A stretch of 64,000 bases of DNA from Reclinomonas americana ATCC 50394 (lineage: Eukaryota): positions 372,001-436,000 of the forward strand of contig PS015010.1 in NCBI GenBank assembly GCA_048213135.1. Reading direction: 5' to 3'. Position 1 is the first letter of the stretch, and each line of letters opens with the position of its first letter. The position numbers were made by a program, and so were the translations under genes. The notes beneath the pieces are model-generated. The model searched no databases. It was not told where the DNA came from and saw only the letters and a program-made list of their open reading frames with translations. This document shows, piece by piece, positions 1 to 11,305 of this stretch.

Positions 1-64
1 TCCCGCTGATAAAAACGGGGAGCGCCAGCGCCGAACCATTTTGTATGAATTTTCTTCTGTTCAT
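1..64 (-). CDS. 5' end of a Tat-exported protein, probably DUF1501 family (runs off the window)
   Basis: Minus-strand ATG at 64 reads MNRRKFIQNGSALALPVFISG (twin-arginine RRxF). It starts 1 bp after the DUF1800 stop, and DUF1800-DUF1501 is a common gene pair. Confidence 0.7.
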   Translation of the reverse strand, partial: MNRRKFIQNGSALALPVFISG

Positions 65-65
65 A

Positions 66-1679
66 TCAGGTCAGTTGATATTCCGGTGCATTTACAAGGC
101 GCCGGAATAATTGGCGAAGCCGTGTTTCAACAATAAATTTTTTTTCTGCGTCTTCCGGTGATTGTATAAAATCTTTCCAGGCATTGGTCCAGTAATAATC
201 CTGCTCCTGGCCGGTCAGCAATGTGTCTTTTTTGAGTCGCTGCAGGGCCGCGAATGATACCGGTACGGAGTACAGGAGGTTGATGGAATCCTGTATCAGC
301 ATACCCGGGTCGGCAGGATCATGTAACGACTTTGCAAAATCAATAACATCGATGCTGAACAATCTCCCTTCCCTGTTATACCCGTAATCGATCATAGTAG
401 CGCTGAATTCATTTCTTTTGGGATAAGTACTGGTATTGATCCATAGCCTGTAAAACGCCGGTGACTGGTAATAAGCGGGCCAGCCCGATACGTTGGGTGG
501 CGATGAATAATTCTGGCCAAGCACCACGCAATACTCACCAACCAATTGCCACATACTATAATTATGGAGAAAAGAAGCCGGAGGGGCCATCTGCATATTA
601 AATTCCCTTAAGAAACCAATACAAAAATCGAACGGACTTTTGATCTGACCGCCGATGATTGTTTCTTCAAAAAAATGCCGGCTGCATAGTAATGTCTTCA
701 GCACAGGTTTGACCTCGAAATTATTTTTCCTGAGTATGGCGGCAAGAGGCTCTATTATATTTTTTTCTACAGAAGTATTGATATCAGAGTGTACAAACCA
801 GCGATACAGCTTGCGGCACAGAAAGAGCGAAGTTTCGGGATGACTGAATATCATATCCAGCAGCTCATTCAATTCCTCGTCTCCGGCATTGGGGCCGGTT
901 TTGCCTTTTATTGTTTTTCTGTTGTAAAAATTGGAAAATACTTTATCAGAAAGATCGTGGTCCCCGGGTACAAAATAGCTTTGCCCGGTCTCGAGGTTAA
1001 CTTTCCAGCCTGTAAGCACCCGTGCGGCTTGTTTTACGTCATCTTCAGTAAAAGCCGCATTAGGACCTTTACCTATGCAGAACAGTTCCTGCAACTCCCT
1101 TGCATAATTTTCATTGGGTGCTGTTTTGGTATTGAGCTCACCATTGAGGTACCGTAGCATATGGGGATCCAGTGTAATGGCTTTTGCGAGTGTTTTGATA
1201 TTGCCTAAAGCATTCCTGCGCACAAGATCGTGTTTGTTCCATACGAGGTTCATTCTTCCGATAACGCCTTCTGTGGCAAAATGATTGTGCCAGAATAAAG
1301 TCATTTTTTCCAGGATGGTGCTGTCTTGTGTAACAAGACTTTCCACGATCCATCTACCCAGTGAACCTCCTCTTTGTTCATCATCTCCCTGGTTGATATA
1401 TGGCGTATTGATCCATGTTTTACCAAAAGGTACCTGGGAATTCAGCGAATCGTAATCATTCAGGGGAAAGGAATCGAGCGCAGCATTGGCATTCAATAGG
1501 GTATCGACCGACTTTTTAACATCCAATGCCAGGAATCGGCTGATCTCTCTTTTTTTTACACCAAAAAGCGCCCGTTTAAGGAGATGGGTCACCTGCCGGG
1601 TTGTCCATTTTCCCGTGTAAGGCGCCAAGGGAGATTGCTCATTTACAGCAGTTCCGGTATGTTGTTCTTCTGGTGGCAT
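66..1679 (-). CDS. DUF1800 family protein
   Basis: 537 aa with EKMTLFWHNHFAT, PNENYARELQELF and PPNVSGWP motifs typical of DUF1800. Confidence 0.9.
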   Translation of the reverse strand: MPPEEQHTGTAVNEQSPLAPYTGKWTTRQVTHLLKRALFGVKKREISRFLALDVKKSVDTLLNANAALDSFPLNDYDSLNSQVPFGKTWINTPYINQGDDEQRGGSLGRWIVESLVTQDSTILEKMTLFWHNHFATEGVIGRMNLVWNKHDLVRRNALGNIKTLAKAITLDPHMLRYLNGELNTKTAPNENYARELQELFCIGKGPNAAFTEDDVKQAARVLTGWKVNLETGQSYFVPGDHDLSDKVFSNFYNRKTIKGKTGPNAGDEELNELLDMIFSHPETSLFLCRKLYRWFVHSDINTSVEKNIIEPLAAILRKNNFEVKPVLKTLLCSRHFFEETIIGGQIKSPFDFCIGFLREFNMQMAPPASFLHNYSMWQLVGEYCVVLGQNYSSPPNVSGWPAYYQSPAFYRLWINTSTYPKRNEFSATMIDYGYNREGRLFSIDVIDFAKSLHDPADPGMLIQDSINLLYSVPVSFAALQRLKKDTLLTGQEQDYYWTNAWKDFIQSPEDAEKKFIVETRLRQLFRRLVNAPEYQLT

Positions 1680-1729
1680 AAGTGTTGTATGCTGAAATTA
1701 AAGATACGCAATAGGGAGGTGATAAAAAT

Positions 1730-1759
1730 AAAAAAGCTGTCACACGAAGTGACAGCTTT
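1730..1759 (-). terminator. Intrinsic terminator closing the 5750-1781 operon
   Basis: Hairpin AAAGCTGTCAC-acgaa-GTGACAGCTTT with a U tract on the minus strand. Confidence 0.8.
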
Positions 1760-1780
1760 GGTTGGTTATTTGTGTTAAGA

Positions 1781-2143
1781 TTAATTGTCCTTACGGGGTT
1801 TCTCAACACCCTGGGTGGAAACCGCAGGCACTTTAGCTTCAGAAGCCAGTACAGGTTTTACTGCGGCTTCGGTGCCTTGTGTAGCAATGGCTGCCTGGGC
1901 TTTTTCTGTGGAAGCGGTTGGCGCCTCGGCAGGTTCAGTTTTAATAACAGGAGCAGCTACCGGTTTGCTTACAGGCATGCTGGAAGCAGTCTGTACTTCT
2001 ACCGGTTTTACTGCCGTCGCGTGAGCGGCAGATTTTGCAGACGCCGGGGCAGGAGATTCGCTTGCCAGTTGCTGCGCATTAGCAGTGCCGGCAATAAAGC
2101 AAAGACCAAGAACGGCGATGGAAGTTTTAATTACTTTTTTCAT
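1781..2143 (-). CDS. Small secreted Ala/Pro/Thr-rich low-complexity protein
   Basis: 120 aa with a Sec signal peptide (MKKVIK...TANA/QQ); the mature part looks disordered. Last gene of a co-oriented trio. Confidence 0.75.
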   Translation of the reverse strand: MKKVIKTSIAVLGLCFIAGTANAQQLASESPAPASAKSAAHATAVKPVEVQTASSMPVSKPVAAPVIKTEPAEAPTASTEKAQAAIATQGTEAAVKPVLASEAKVPAVSTQGVEKPRKDN

Positions 2144-2172
2144 TATTCTTATTTTGATAATGTGATTTAAAA

Positions 2173-5166
2173 TTATTTGATGCTAACCAGTACGTTTACT
2201 TTTCCTACTTCGCTGGCATTGTAATCCTGTAAAGCTTTACCAATCACCTGGCCAACTTTAACCAGTGAAGGATCAGCTTTCATGGCTACACCAGGAGTAG
2301 AAGAAGTAACCAGCAGGTCACCTCTCTTAATGGCACCACCTTCCAGGCAAACTTTGGTAGGGATAACACCAATAACACCCATTGGAACCATATCATCCAG
2401 TTTATCAGCTTCAGCATTCCTTTCAGTCAGCATGATACCTGGTTTGGTAGCATACACACCTGAAACCAGTGTGGAATAAGGAGCAGATGATTTTTCAACT
2501 TTACGGTCAGAATTTTGAGAGATCACCAGTACATCACCGGCTTCGTAGCTTTTCTTGCTGCCTTCTACTTCAAAGTATTCAGCAACGTCAGCACCGCCTA
2601 CCTGAGTACCACCGTTAAAGAAACCTTTACCGGCGTCATCGATACGGGCAACGTTACCGCTGTTTTTCCTGAACACGGCCAGGTTGGTAGCACCAGCGTT
2701 GGCATTGTTCACGATCAGGGCATTACCTGTACCATTGGTGGCGATGATCACAACGTCATTACCATTGGCAGCATTTACGTTTTCAAAACGACCGGCATTA
2801 CCTGTACCACCGCTGATACCGGTTTGTCCGAGTACACCAATACCATTTTTAGTATTGAAACCGCGAACACCGTAACCAGAACTATCGTTACGACCTACAA
2901 CCGCACCTACACCATTACCACCACGGTTACGGCCTACAACGGCTTCACCGAAAGTGTTATCACCGATTACACCGGCTGCGCTGATGGAAGCAGTGATACC
3001 CCAAACAGCGTTACCGCCCTGTGAAATAGAGAATACGCCGGGGCCAACACCTTGCTGGTTAACATCAATACCGCGTGCACCATTGGATGCGTTAGGCATA
3101 TCTACGAGGATACCGCCACCGATACCGTTGGTAGCTACTACCACAGTTTGGTTGGTGTTGGCAGCATTCACGTTTTCGAAACGACCGGCAGTACCTGTAC
3201 CACCGCTGATACCGGTTTGTCCGAGTACACCAATACCATTTTTAGTATTGAAACCACGAACACCGTAACCAGAACTATCGTTACGACCTACAACGGCACC
3301 TACACCATTACCACCACGGTTACGGCCTACAACGGCTTCACCGAAAGTGTTATCACCGATCACACCAGCTGCGCTGATAGAAGAAGTGATGCCCCAAACG
3401 GCATTACCACCGGCAGAAGTAGCGAATACGCCGGGGCCTACGCCAGCTTGCAGTACGTCAACACCACGTGCACCATTGGATGCATTGGTAAGCTGAACAG
3501 TAACGCCGCTGCCGATACCATTGGTTGTAACATTCATAGTGCTGCTGGTGCTGGCAGGATTAGAGATCTGAAAGAAACCGGCATTACCGTTTCCGGTAGC
3601 CTGTCCGAATACACCATAACCACCACCATTGGTTTCACCGCGAACGGCAGCTACGATATTTGAAGTATTAGCTATAGTTGCATATACACCACGACCGAGG
3701 CCTGCCTGTGTGGCACGAACCGCGTCGCCTGTACTTGCATTGTTGGTAACTTCAAACTGGCCTGCATGACCTGTTGAACTGATACCGTAAACACCTACAC
3801 CGGAGCTGCTGTTACCATATATGCCCCAGCCACCTGCGGTTGCGTTACCATATACACCTATACCGGTAGGCGTGGTACCATATACGCCCCAGCCGCTGCC
3901 GGCTTGTGAACCATATACACCGATACCGAGACCACCAGTACCATTATTAAGACCACGAACAGCAGCAGAGAAACCGCCCGGAGCAGTGGAATTGATCACA
4001 CCCTGAACAGCGATAGCGCTGGCGTCCTGGCTGGCATTGGTACCGATAATAGTAGGAGCGGTACCTGTAGTGGCGCTCCTGTTGGCAGCGATAGCGCTAC
4101 CTGTACCAGCGTTGTTGGAAGTTACTGTATTACTTGAGTTGGCATTGTTGGTGGTTTCGAAGAGTGCAGACTGACCGTTGGTGCTCAGTGCATATACACC
4201 TACACCGTTGGTGCTGAGGCCATACAGACCAAAGCCGCCGGCGCTGTTACCATGAACACCGATACCGGTAGGAGTAGTACCGTATACACCCCAGCCGCTG
4301 CCGGCCTGTGAACCGTATACACCAATACCTAAACCGCCGGTGCCATTGTTGATACCGCGTACACCGGAAGAGAAACCGCCGGGACCGGTAGGAACCACAA
4401 CACCCTGTACGCCCCAGGCGTTACCATCGGTGCTGGAAGAGTTGCCCAGTAAACCACCCCTTGTACCGGTAGCGGAAGTATTGGTCATTTCTATTAATGC
4501 GCTGGCGCCTTCACTTTGTGATTTTACCAGCGGGAAAGTTATTTTTTGAGCAGTTACCGCACCATCAGCAATTTTGATGGTAGTTACTGCGCCGTCAGCA
4601 ATTTTTGGAGTAGTTACGGCACCATCAGCCAGTTTAGGCGTGGTTACCGCTGCGTCGGCGATTTTAGGCGTAGTTACAGCCAGGGGAGCGATCACCGGGT
4701 TGGGATAAGTACCGGTAAGGTCGCCGCCGGCAGGTCCTACCGGAGCTGCGCCTGCTGCATACATAGCGTAAGGTACGCTTACCAGCTGGGTAGAACCCAC
4801 ATTGGTGAAGCTGGTACCGCCGTTGGGGTCTATTTCAACCTGCAGGTATTTGGGACCGCTGCCGGCACCAAAAGCTGTCCAGTTAATACCGCCGATAGTA
4901 CCGGTAGTATTGATGGCGCCTGCACTGCCTACCACTACGTTGAAAAGACCAAATGCATTGGTGATGAGGTTACGTGTTTCACTGTATACCACTGTACCGG
5001 CAGGACCGCCGTTGAGGATAGACAGCCTTAACGCGATATTCTGATTGGGAAGCACATTACCCACAGCATTGCGGGCCACACCCTGATAGTTCATCAGGTT
5101 GGGCGACTGCGCCATGGTGAGTAACGTAACAACTAAACTTGTTATCGTTAATAAAATCTTTTTCAT
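2173..5166 (-). CDS. Large secreted Gly-rich repeat fibre/adhesin-like protein with C-terminal Peptidase G2-like (IMC autocleavage) domain
   Basis: 997 aa: signal peptide; N-terminal MNYQGVARN domain; [10 protein letters not shown]; decapeptide [10 protein letters not shown] repeats; GxGVYG beta repeats; C-terminal GADVAEYF...GDLLVTS...IGKAL domain. Confidence 0.8.
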   Translation of the reverse strand: MKKILLTITSLVVTLLTMAQSPNLMNYQGVARNAVGNVLPNQNIALRLSILNGGPAGTVVYSETRNLITNAFGLFNVVVGSAGAINTTGTIGGINWTAFGAGSGPKYLQVEIDPNGGTSFTNVGSTQLVSVPYAMYAAGAAPVGPAGGDLTGTYPNPVIAPLAVTTPKIADAAVTTPKLADGAVTTPKIADGAVTTIKIADGAVTAQKITFPLVKSQSEGASALIEMTNTSATGTRGGLLGNSSSTDGNAWGVQGVVVPTGPGGFSSGVRGINNGTGGLGIGVYGSQAGSGWGVYGTTPTGIGVHGNSAGGFGLYGLSTNGVGVYALSTNGQSALFETTNNANSSNTVTSNNAGTGSAIAANRSATTGTAPTIIGTNASQDASAIAVQGVINSTAPGGFSAAVRGLNNGTGGLGIGVYGSQAGSGWGVYGTTPTGIGVYGNATAGGWGIYGNSSSGVGVYGISSTGHAGQFEVTNNASTGDAVRATQAGLGRGVYATIANTSNIVAAVRGETNGGGYGVFGQATGNGNAGFFQISNPASTSSTMNVTTNGIGSGVTVQLTNASNGARGVDVLQAGVGPGVFATSAGGNAVWGITSSISAAGVIGDNTFGEAVVGRNRGGNGVGAVVGRNDSSGYGVRGFNTKNGIGVLGQTGISGGTGTAGRFENVNAANTNQTVVVATNGIGGGILVDMPNASNGARGIDVNQQGVGPGVFSISQGGNAVWGITASISAAGVIGDNTFGEAVVGRNRGGNGVGAVVGRNDSSGYGVRGFNTKNGIGVLGQTGISGGTGNAGRFENVNAANGNDVVIIATNGTGNALIVNNANAGATNLAVFRKNSGNVARIDDAGKGFFNGGTQVGGADVAEYFEVEGSKKSYEAGDVLVISQNSDRKVEKSSAPYSTLVSGVYATKPGIMLTERNAEADKLDDMVPMGVIGVIPTKVCLEGGAIKRGDLLVTSSTPGVAMKADPSLVKVGQVIGKALQDYNASEVGKVNVLVSIK
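2783..3360. repeat. Intragenic tandem duplication, 393-bp (131-aa) period, with a near-identical DNA core
   Basis: 2783-2967 vs 3176-3360 differ at only a few positions (e.g. ggcttcaccgaaagtgttatcaccgat at 2941 and 3334). Confidence 0.9.
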
Positions 5167-5222
5167 GTGTTAGATTTGTTTTAGTTAGTTTTTTAATGGT
5201 TTGATTAAGCCCTCTGCAGCTG

Positions 5223-5750
5223 TTATTTAACCTTTATTACTTTAAAGGCTCCTTTTTTAGCTACAGATGTACCTGTAGGCGCAAGCATGATGTTCAGGAA
5301 GTAAGTGCCGGAAACGAAACGGGTGAAGTCCCATTTCTCAATACGGCCTGTTCCATAGTAATCAAACTCTTTGCGGGCCATTAACCTGCCTGTTGCGTCG
5401 AACAGGTTCATGGTAACCTTGCCTTTTTGCTTACTGAAAAAGTCAATTTCCAGCAAGTCTCTTGTTGGGTTGGGCAAAATCTTAATTTCATCCTTTCCCC
5501 ATTCCTCATTATTGTTAATGGTGGCCGGATTATGTGTTCCGGGCTGTAGCACACCATTAGTAACTACCAGGTTCGGCGAAGACATAGTTTCAATAGCTAT
5601 GGCCTCCCCGAAGCTCCATTCAAACCGGTAAAAGGTGAAGAAATTCGTTCCACCCGTGGCGTTGAGAGTAGCAGGAGTTACACTTTGTGAGAAAGAAGCA
5701 AAGGAGAAAAATAGACCAACCGTTGCAAGTACGAGTCGTGTTTTTCTCAT
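5223..5750 (-). CDS. Small T9SS type A sorting-domain (CTD) protein
   Basis: 175 aa: signal peptide, short N-domain (ATGG...WSFGE...GVLQP), then ILPNPT...GTYFL...KVIKVK CTD. Confidence 0.85.
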   Translation of the reverse strand: MRKTRLVLATVGLFFSFASFSQSVTPATLNATGGTNFFTFYRFEWSFGEAIAIETMSSPNLVVTNGVLQPGTHNPATINNNEEWGKDEIKILPNPTRDLLEIDFFSKQKGKVTMNLFDATGRLMARKEFDYYGTGRIEKWDFTRFVSGTYFLNIMLAPTGTSVAKKGAFKVIKVK

Positions 5751-5820
5751 AAGCGATGTTTATTTAATTAGTGATTAGGTGAATTCCAAGCGTAAAAGTA
5801 TAATCTTTTTTAGTAATGGC

Positions 5821-5840
5821 AATACCCCAAAGGGGGTATT
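5821..5840. promoter_or_regulatory. Perfect palindrome, candidate operator for the T9SS/fibre operon
   Basis: AATACCCC-aaag-GGGGTATT, 70 bp upstream of the 5750 start; NarL/LuxR-like 7-2-7 layout. Confidence 0.55.
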
Positions 5841-5936
5841 TTTTCGAATTAATAAAACCGTAATAAATCGCTGATTATCATAGGAGATATGATGATCATT
5901 TTTAAACTGTAACCTGCATTAAAATAAGGGATGGGG

Positions 5937-6515
5937 TTATTTGGGGAACAGCATCCGGTAATCCACTTTCACTTTACCCTTGCTGATATCGGTAAGTTTA
6001 CGCTGGAGCAGCTTTCTTTTCAGGGGTTTGATATGGTCAATGAACAGCTTTCCGTCAATATGATCGTATTCATGCAGGATAACCCGGGCGGTAACGCCGT
6101 TGAAGGTGCGGGTTTGAGGGGTAAAATGCTCATCCACATAGTCGAGGGTCACTTCTTCCGACCGTAAAATGTCTTCCCGCACCTTGGGAATGCTGAGACA
6201 ACCTTCGTTGTAGGACCATTCCTTGCCGTTCAGTTCCCTGATATGGGCATTGATAAAAACGCCTTTGAACCCGGGTTCATCGGGATATTGTCCTTTTTCG
6301 TCCTCTTCCTGGTTTTCGAAGATCTGGTGACTGTCCACCACAAAAAGACGGATCGCCAGATTGATCTGCGGTGCGGCAAGTCCCACACCACTACTGTTGT
6401 ACATGGTTTCCCACATATCGGCAATGAGTTTTTCCAACCCGGGATAGTCGGGCGTAATATCATCACTGACCTGTCTCAGAACGGGGGAGCCATATGCTAC
6501 AATAGGTAAAATCAT
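5937..6515 (-). CDS. def: Peptide deformylase
   Basis: GVGLAAPQ, EGCLS and HEYDH motifs. Confidence 0.97.
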   Translation of the reverse strand: MILPIVAYGSPVLRQVSDDITPDYPGLEKLIADMWETMYNSSGVGLAAPQINLAIRLFVVDSHQIFENQEEDEKGQYPDEPGFKGVFINAHIRELNGKEWSYNEGCLSIPKVREDILRSEEVTLDYVDEHFTPQTRTFNGVTARVILHEYDHIDGKLFIDHIKPLKRKLLQRKLTDISKGKVKVDYRMLFPK

Positions 6516-6550
6516 TGAACGGAGCTTGTTTGAGAGGCAAAGTTAATTCA

Positions 6551-6672
6551 TCAATTACGAATTATGAATTACTAATTACGAATGCCTTTAATTCGTGGCC
6601 CTTTTCAAACTGATATGAATAGCCGCCGGGGTCAGTTAATAGCATCATTCGTAATTCATAATTCGTAATTAG
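6551..6672. repeat. Inverted pair of AATTAC(G/T) heptamer tandem repeats (family A)
   Basis: tcaattacgaattatgaattactaattacgaatgcc ... cattcgtaattcataattcgtaattag; the right arm overlaps the ruvX stop codon. Confidence 0.85.
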
Positions 6673-7079
6673 TATTTCGCCAGGTATTCCTGCAGCATAA
6701 TGGTGGCGGCAATAAGGTCAACATTCTTTTTATCCTGCCGGTCTTTTTTCTTCATGCCCATTTCTATCATGGCGTCCTTTGCCATTTTGGAAGTATATCT
6801 TTCGTCAACCGGGGTGATGGGGATGCCCGGAAAATTTTTTTCCAGTTCTTTGATGGCTTTCCTGACCAGGGGCGTGGCATGGGTGTCGGTATCGTCCCAG
6901 TTGGTAGGCCAGCCAATGAGTATGCGTTCTACAGTCTCACGGGCGAAATAAGCTTTGAGGTAGGGGATAAGCGTTTTACTCTCGATCGTTTCCAGCCCGG
7001 TAGCGATGAGTTGAAGCGGATCGGTAACGGCAAGGCCTGTACGCTTTCCGCCGTAGTCTATAGAGAGTATTCTTGCCAA
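6669..7079 (-). CDS. ruvX: Holliday junction resolvase-like protein RuvX/YqgF
   Basis: ILSIDYGGKRTGLAVTD, VDERYTS and VDLIAATIMLQEYL motifs; TTG start. Confidence 0.93.
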   Translation of the reverse strand: MARILSIDYGGKRTGLAVTDPLQLIATGLETIESKTLIPYLKAYFARETVERILIGWPTNWDDTDTHATPLVRKAIKELEKNFPGIPITPVDERYTSKMAKDAMIEMGMKKKDRQDKKNVDLIAATIMLQEYLAKY

Positions 7080-7135
7080 GGTATTTAATTACGGATTACA
7101 AATTACGAATTATGGTCATGCTCTGCCTGTATTTA

Positions 7136-8116
7136 TTACCGTAATAAAATATCGGTGATCACGAAAACGGCGAACACTACAGAGGCGATGCCGTTGGCTG
7201 TCATAAAAGCGATGTTCACGCGGCGCAGGTCATTGGGCTTTACAATAGAGTGCTGGTATAGCAACATACCGCCGAATACCGCCACACCTATCCAGTACAG
7301 GAAACCGAAATGACCATAAATGCCGGCGCCCACTACACAGGCGGCGGAAAAAATATGCAGCCATTCAGATACCTGCAATGCTCTTTCCTTACCCAGTGCG
7401 GCAGGGATAGAATGAAGCTGGTTGTTTTTATCGAACTCTTCGTCCTGCAGGGCATAGATGATATCGAAACCACTTACCCAGAACAGAACGGTAAACGAAA
7501 AAAGAATGGGCAGCCAGTTAAACTGTCCGGTTACGGCAAGATAGGCGCCAATGGGAGCCAGGCTGAGTCCCACACCCAGCACCAGGTGACACAGCGCGGT
7601 GAACCTTTTGGTATAACTGTAAAACAGCACCACGAACAACGCTACAAAGGACAGGTAGAAACAAAGCCGGTTAATGAACCAGCAGGTGATGATGAACGCG
7701 ATACAATTAATGATCACGAACAGCAAAGCGTTATTGGCTTTGATGATGCCCGCTGGTATTTCCCTGATGGCGGTACGTGGATTTTTCGCGTCAAAATTTT
7801 TATCGAGCCAGCGGTTGAAAGCCATTGCTGCAGAGCGGGCAAATACCATGCAAAGGATCACCAGCCCCAGGTACTTGGCCACCAGGAACCAGGGATTGGC
7901 ACCGGCAATGAGCTCCTGTACCAGCGGACCGGTATTGCCGCTGGCTTTCCATGCGGAACTCACAAACTCTCCCTGTTTCGGTAACAGGTCCTTATATAAA
8001 AAGTAAAAATCTTTGAAGTAAAAGATACCCAGTGTAAACCCGATCAATGCAAATGGCATCGCGAAAATGGTGTGGGAGAATTTTACCAGCGAGAGATATT
8101 TCCTGACAGTGTTCAT
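7136..8116 (-). CDS. UbiA-family polyprenyltransferase (MqnP-like, menaquinone futalosine route)
   Basis: HTIFAMPFA, ARSAAMAFNR..D..FD.KNPRT and GFDIIYALQD motifs; multiple TM segments. Confidence 0.85.
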   Translation of the reverse strand: MNTVRKYLSLVKFSHTIFAMPFALIGFTLGIFYFKDFYFLYKDLLPKQGEFVSSAWKASGNTGPLVQELIAGANPWFLVAKYLGLVILCMVFARSAAMAFNRWLDKNFDAKNPRTAIREIPAGIIKANNALLFVIINCIAFIITCWFINRLCFYLSFVALFVVLFYSYTKRFTALCHLVLGVGLSLAPIGAYLAVTGQFNWLPILFSFTVLFWVSGFDIIYALQDEEFDKNNQLHSIPAALGKERALQVSEWLHIFSAACVVGAGIYGHFGFLYWIGVAVFGGMLLYQHSIVKPNDLRRVNIAFMTANGIASVVFAVFVITDILLR

Positions 8117-8134
8117 TATTTACAAAATCTGAAA

Positions 8135-8689
8135 TTATTCATGATCCGGGATGGCGGTCTTTCCAACGCGTTGTTTCACCAGTTCCCAGAGTACGACCCC
8201 GGCGGCTGTGGCAATATTCAGCGAATGCTTCATGCCCATTTGCGGGATTTCTATGCAGCCGTCGCACAACGCGATGGTGTTTTGTTCCACGCCGGTTACC
8301 TCGTTGCCAAAAACCACGGCGATCTTTTCCTCTGCGTCAAAACAGGTATCCTGCAGCGCTATGCTGTTCTGTGCCTGTTCAACGGCGTATACTTTATAAC
8401 CTTCTTTTCTTAACTGGTCAATGGCTGCGCCGGCGTTGGGAAAATGCTGAAAGTGCACCGTGTCTTCGGCGCCCAGGGCGGTCTTCCTGATCTCTTTATG
8501 CGGAGGTACACAGGTATAGCCCGTAAGGTAAACGCCTTCGAGCAGGAAAGCGTCGGCGGTACGGAATACGCTGCCTACATTATAGGCACTGCGTACGTTT
8601 TCCAGTACGGCGATCACCGGGTTCTTTTCGGATTGCTTGAACTCCTCTACCGACTTGCGGTTGAGTTCTTCCATAGACAATTTACGCAT
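8135..8689 (-). CDS. SpoU/TrmH family RNA methyltransferase
   Basis: NVGSVFRTADAF, VFGNEVTG and HSLNIA SPOUT motifs. Confidence 0.9.
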   Translation of the reverse strand: MRKLSMEELNRKSVEEFKQSEKNPVIAVLENVRSAYNVGSVFRTADAFLLEGVYLTGYTCVPPHKEIRKTALGAEDTVHFQHFPNAGAAIDQLRKEGYKVYAVEQAQNSIALQDTCFDAEEKIAVVFGNEVTGVEQNTIALCDGCIEIPQMGMKHSLNIATAAGVVLWELVKQRVGKTAIPDHE

Positions 8690-8698
8690 GCTGCTGGT

Positions 8699-8802
8699 GA
8701 AAAATTAAAAATTCAAAAATCAAAAGAGATTACAAATGTCCAGTCTCTTTTTCACTTTTTAATTTTGACTTTTTACTTGTATCTCATATCCTGCATCCCG
8801 CA

Positions 8803-8803
<1 letters not shown>
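8699..8803. repeat. Inverted A-rich heptamer repeats (family C) followed by ATCC(T/C)GC-type repeats (family E)
   Basis: aaaattaaaaattcaaaaatcaaaag ... tttttaattttgactttttac, then atctcatatcctgcatcccgcat. Confidence 0.6.
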
Positions 8804-10491
<1,688 letters not shown>

Positions 10492-10604
10492 TTAAAAAAG
10501 ATTGACCATTAAAATTTTTGGAGTAAAATATTAGAGGTCATGCAAAGATACGAGGAATATTTGGGCGGAGGAAATTTGGGGACTATTTTGTGGAAAAATG
10601 GAAC

Positions 10605-11291
10605 ATGGGTAAAAAGGGAAGATTAGCAGGGGCCTTGCTGGTATTGGCTTTTGCCGCGGTTTCCTGCGGACCGAAAATATTTAACTTTTACGAAGGGCAC
10701 TGCGGGCTGTATTATAAAGATGCGGCCAAAATGCGGGAGCAGCAGGATTCCATTGCCGCGTTTTACCGGTTTGGCGAGGGGCAGGCAGTGGCCAGTATCG
10801 GCGCCCAGTGCTGCCACTGGGAGGCCATGATGGCCACATATATGAATAAGACACAATTCTACCTGGAAGATATCGACACTACTTATTTCAACGAGCGGCA
10901 GGCCCGGTTTGCCTGGGACTATTATGCCAGGCTTACCGGAAAAACAATGTCGCCTTATACATTGGTGCTGGGAGATGAAAAACAAACCCGTTTACCCGAC
11001 GGTATTTTCGACAAGATCATCATCATTAACAGTTTCCACGAATTTACCGGGAAGAATTCCATGTTGTCGGACATCAGTAAAAAACTAAAACCCGGCGGTT
11101 GGCTTTATGTAGATGAGATCATTGCCCGGCGCAGCGGAGAAAAACATGGCGGCTGTCATAAAATATTACTGACGGAAGACGAAATGAAAAACGTGATGAA
11201 AGAAAATGGTTTTGCGTACCGCGATGGAATGTATGTGACGTACAGGAAGGCCATACCGTACAGGAAAATTTACGTGTTTGGGAAAAGATGA
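10605..11291 (+). CDS. Class I SAM-methyltransferase-fold protein with lipoprotein signal
   Basis: LAFAAVSC lipobox; FDKIIIINSFHE and LKPGGWLYV motifs. Start ATG 10605 preferred over GTG 10590. Confidence 0.7.
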   Translation: MGKKGRLAGALLVLAFAAVSCGPKIFNFYEGHCGLYYKDAAKMREQQDSIAAFYRFGEGQAVASIGAQCCHWEAMMATYMNKTQFYLEDIDTTYFNERQARFAWDYYARLTGKTMSPYTLVLGDEKQTRLPDGIFDKIIIINSFHEFTGKNSMLSDISKKLKPGGWLYVDEIIARRSGEKHGGCHKILLTEDEMKNVMKENGFAYRDGMYVTYRKAIPYRKIYVFGKR

Positions 11292-11305
11292 ATTTATAAA
11301 CTGGA

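Noticed and set aside
2282-5044. Many plus-strand ORFs overlapping the fibre gene
   Set aside because: Antisense shadows of a repetitive, codon-biased gene; no independent motifs.
2173-5166. Prophage tail gene or collagen-like protein
   Set aside because: It has a Sec signal and no phage neighbours; the Gly repeats are GxGVYG beta-type, not Gly-X-Y triplets.
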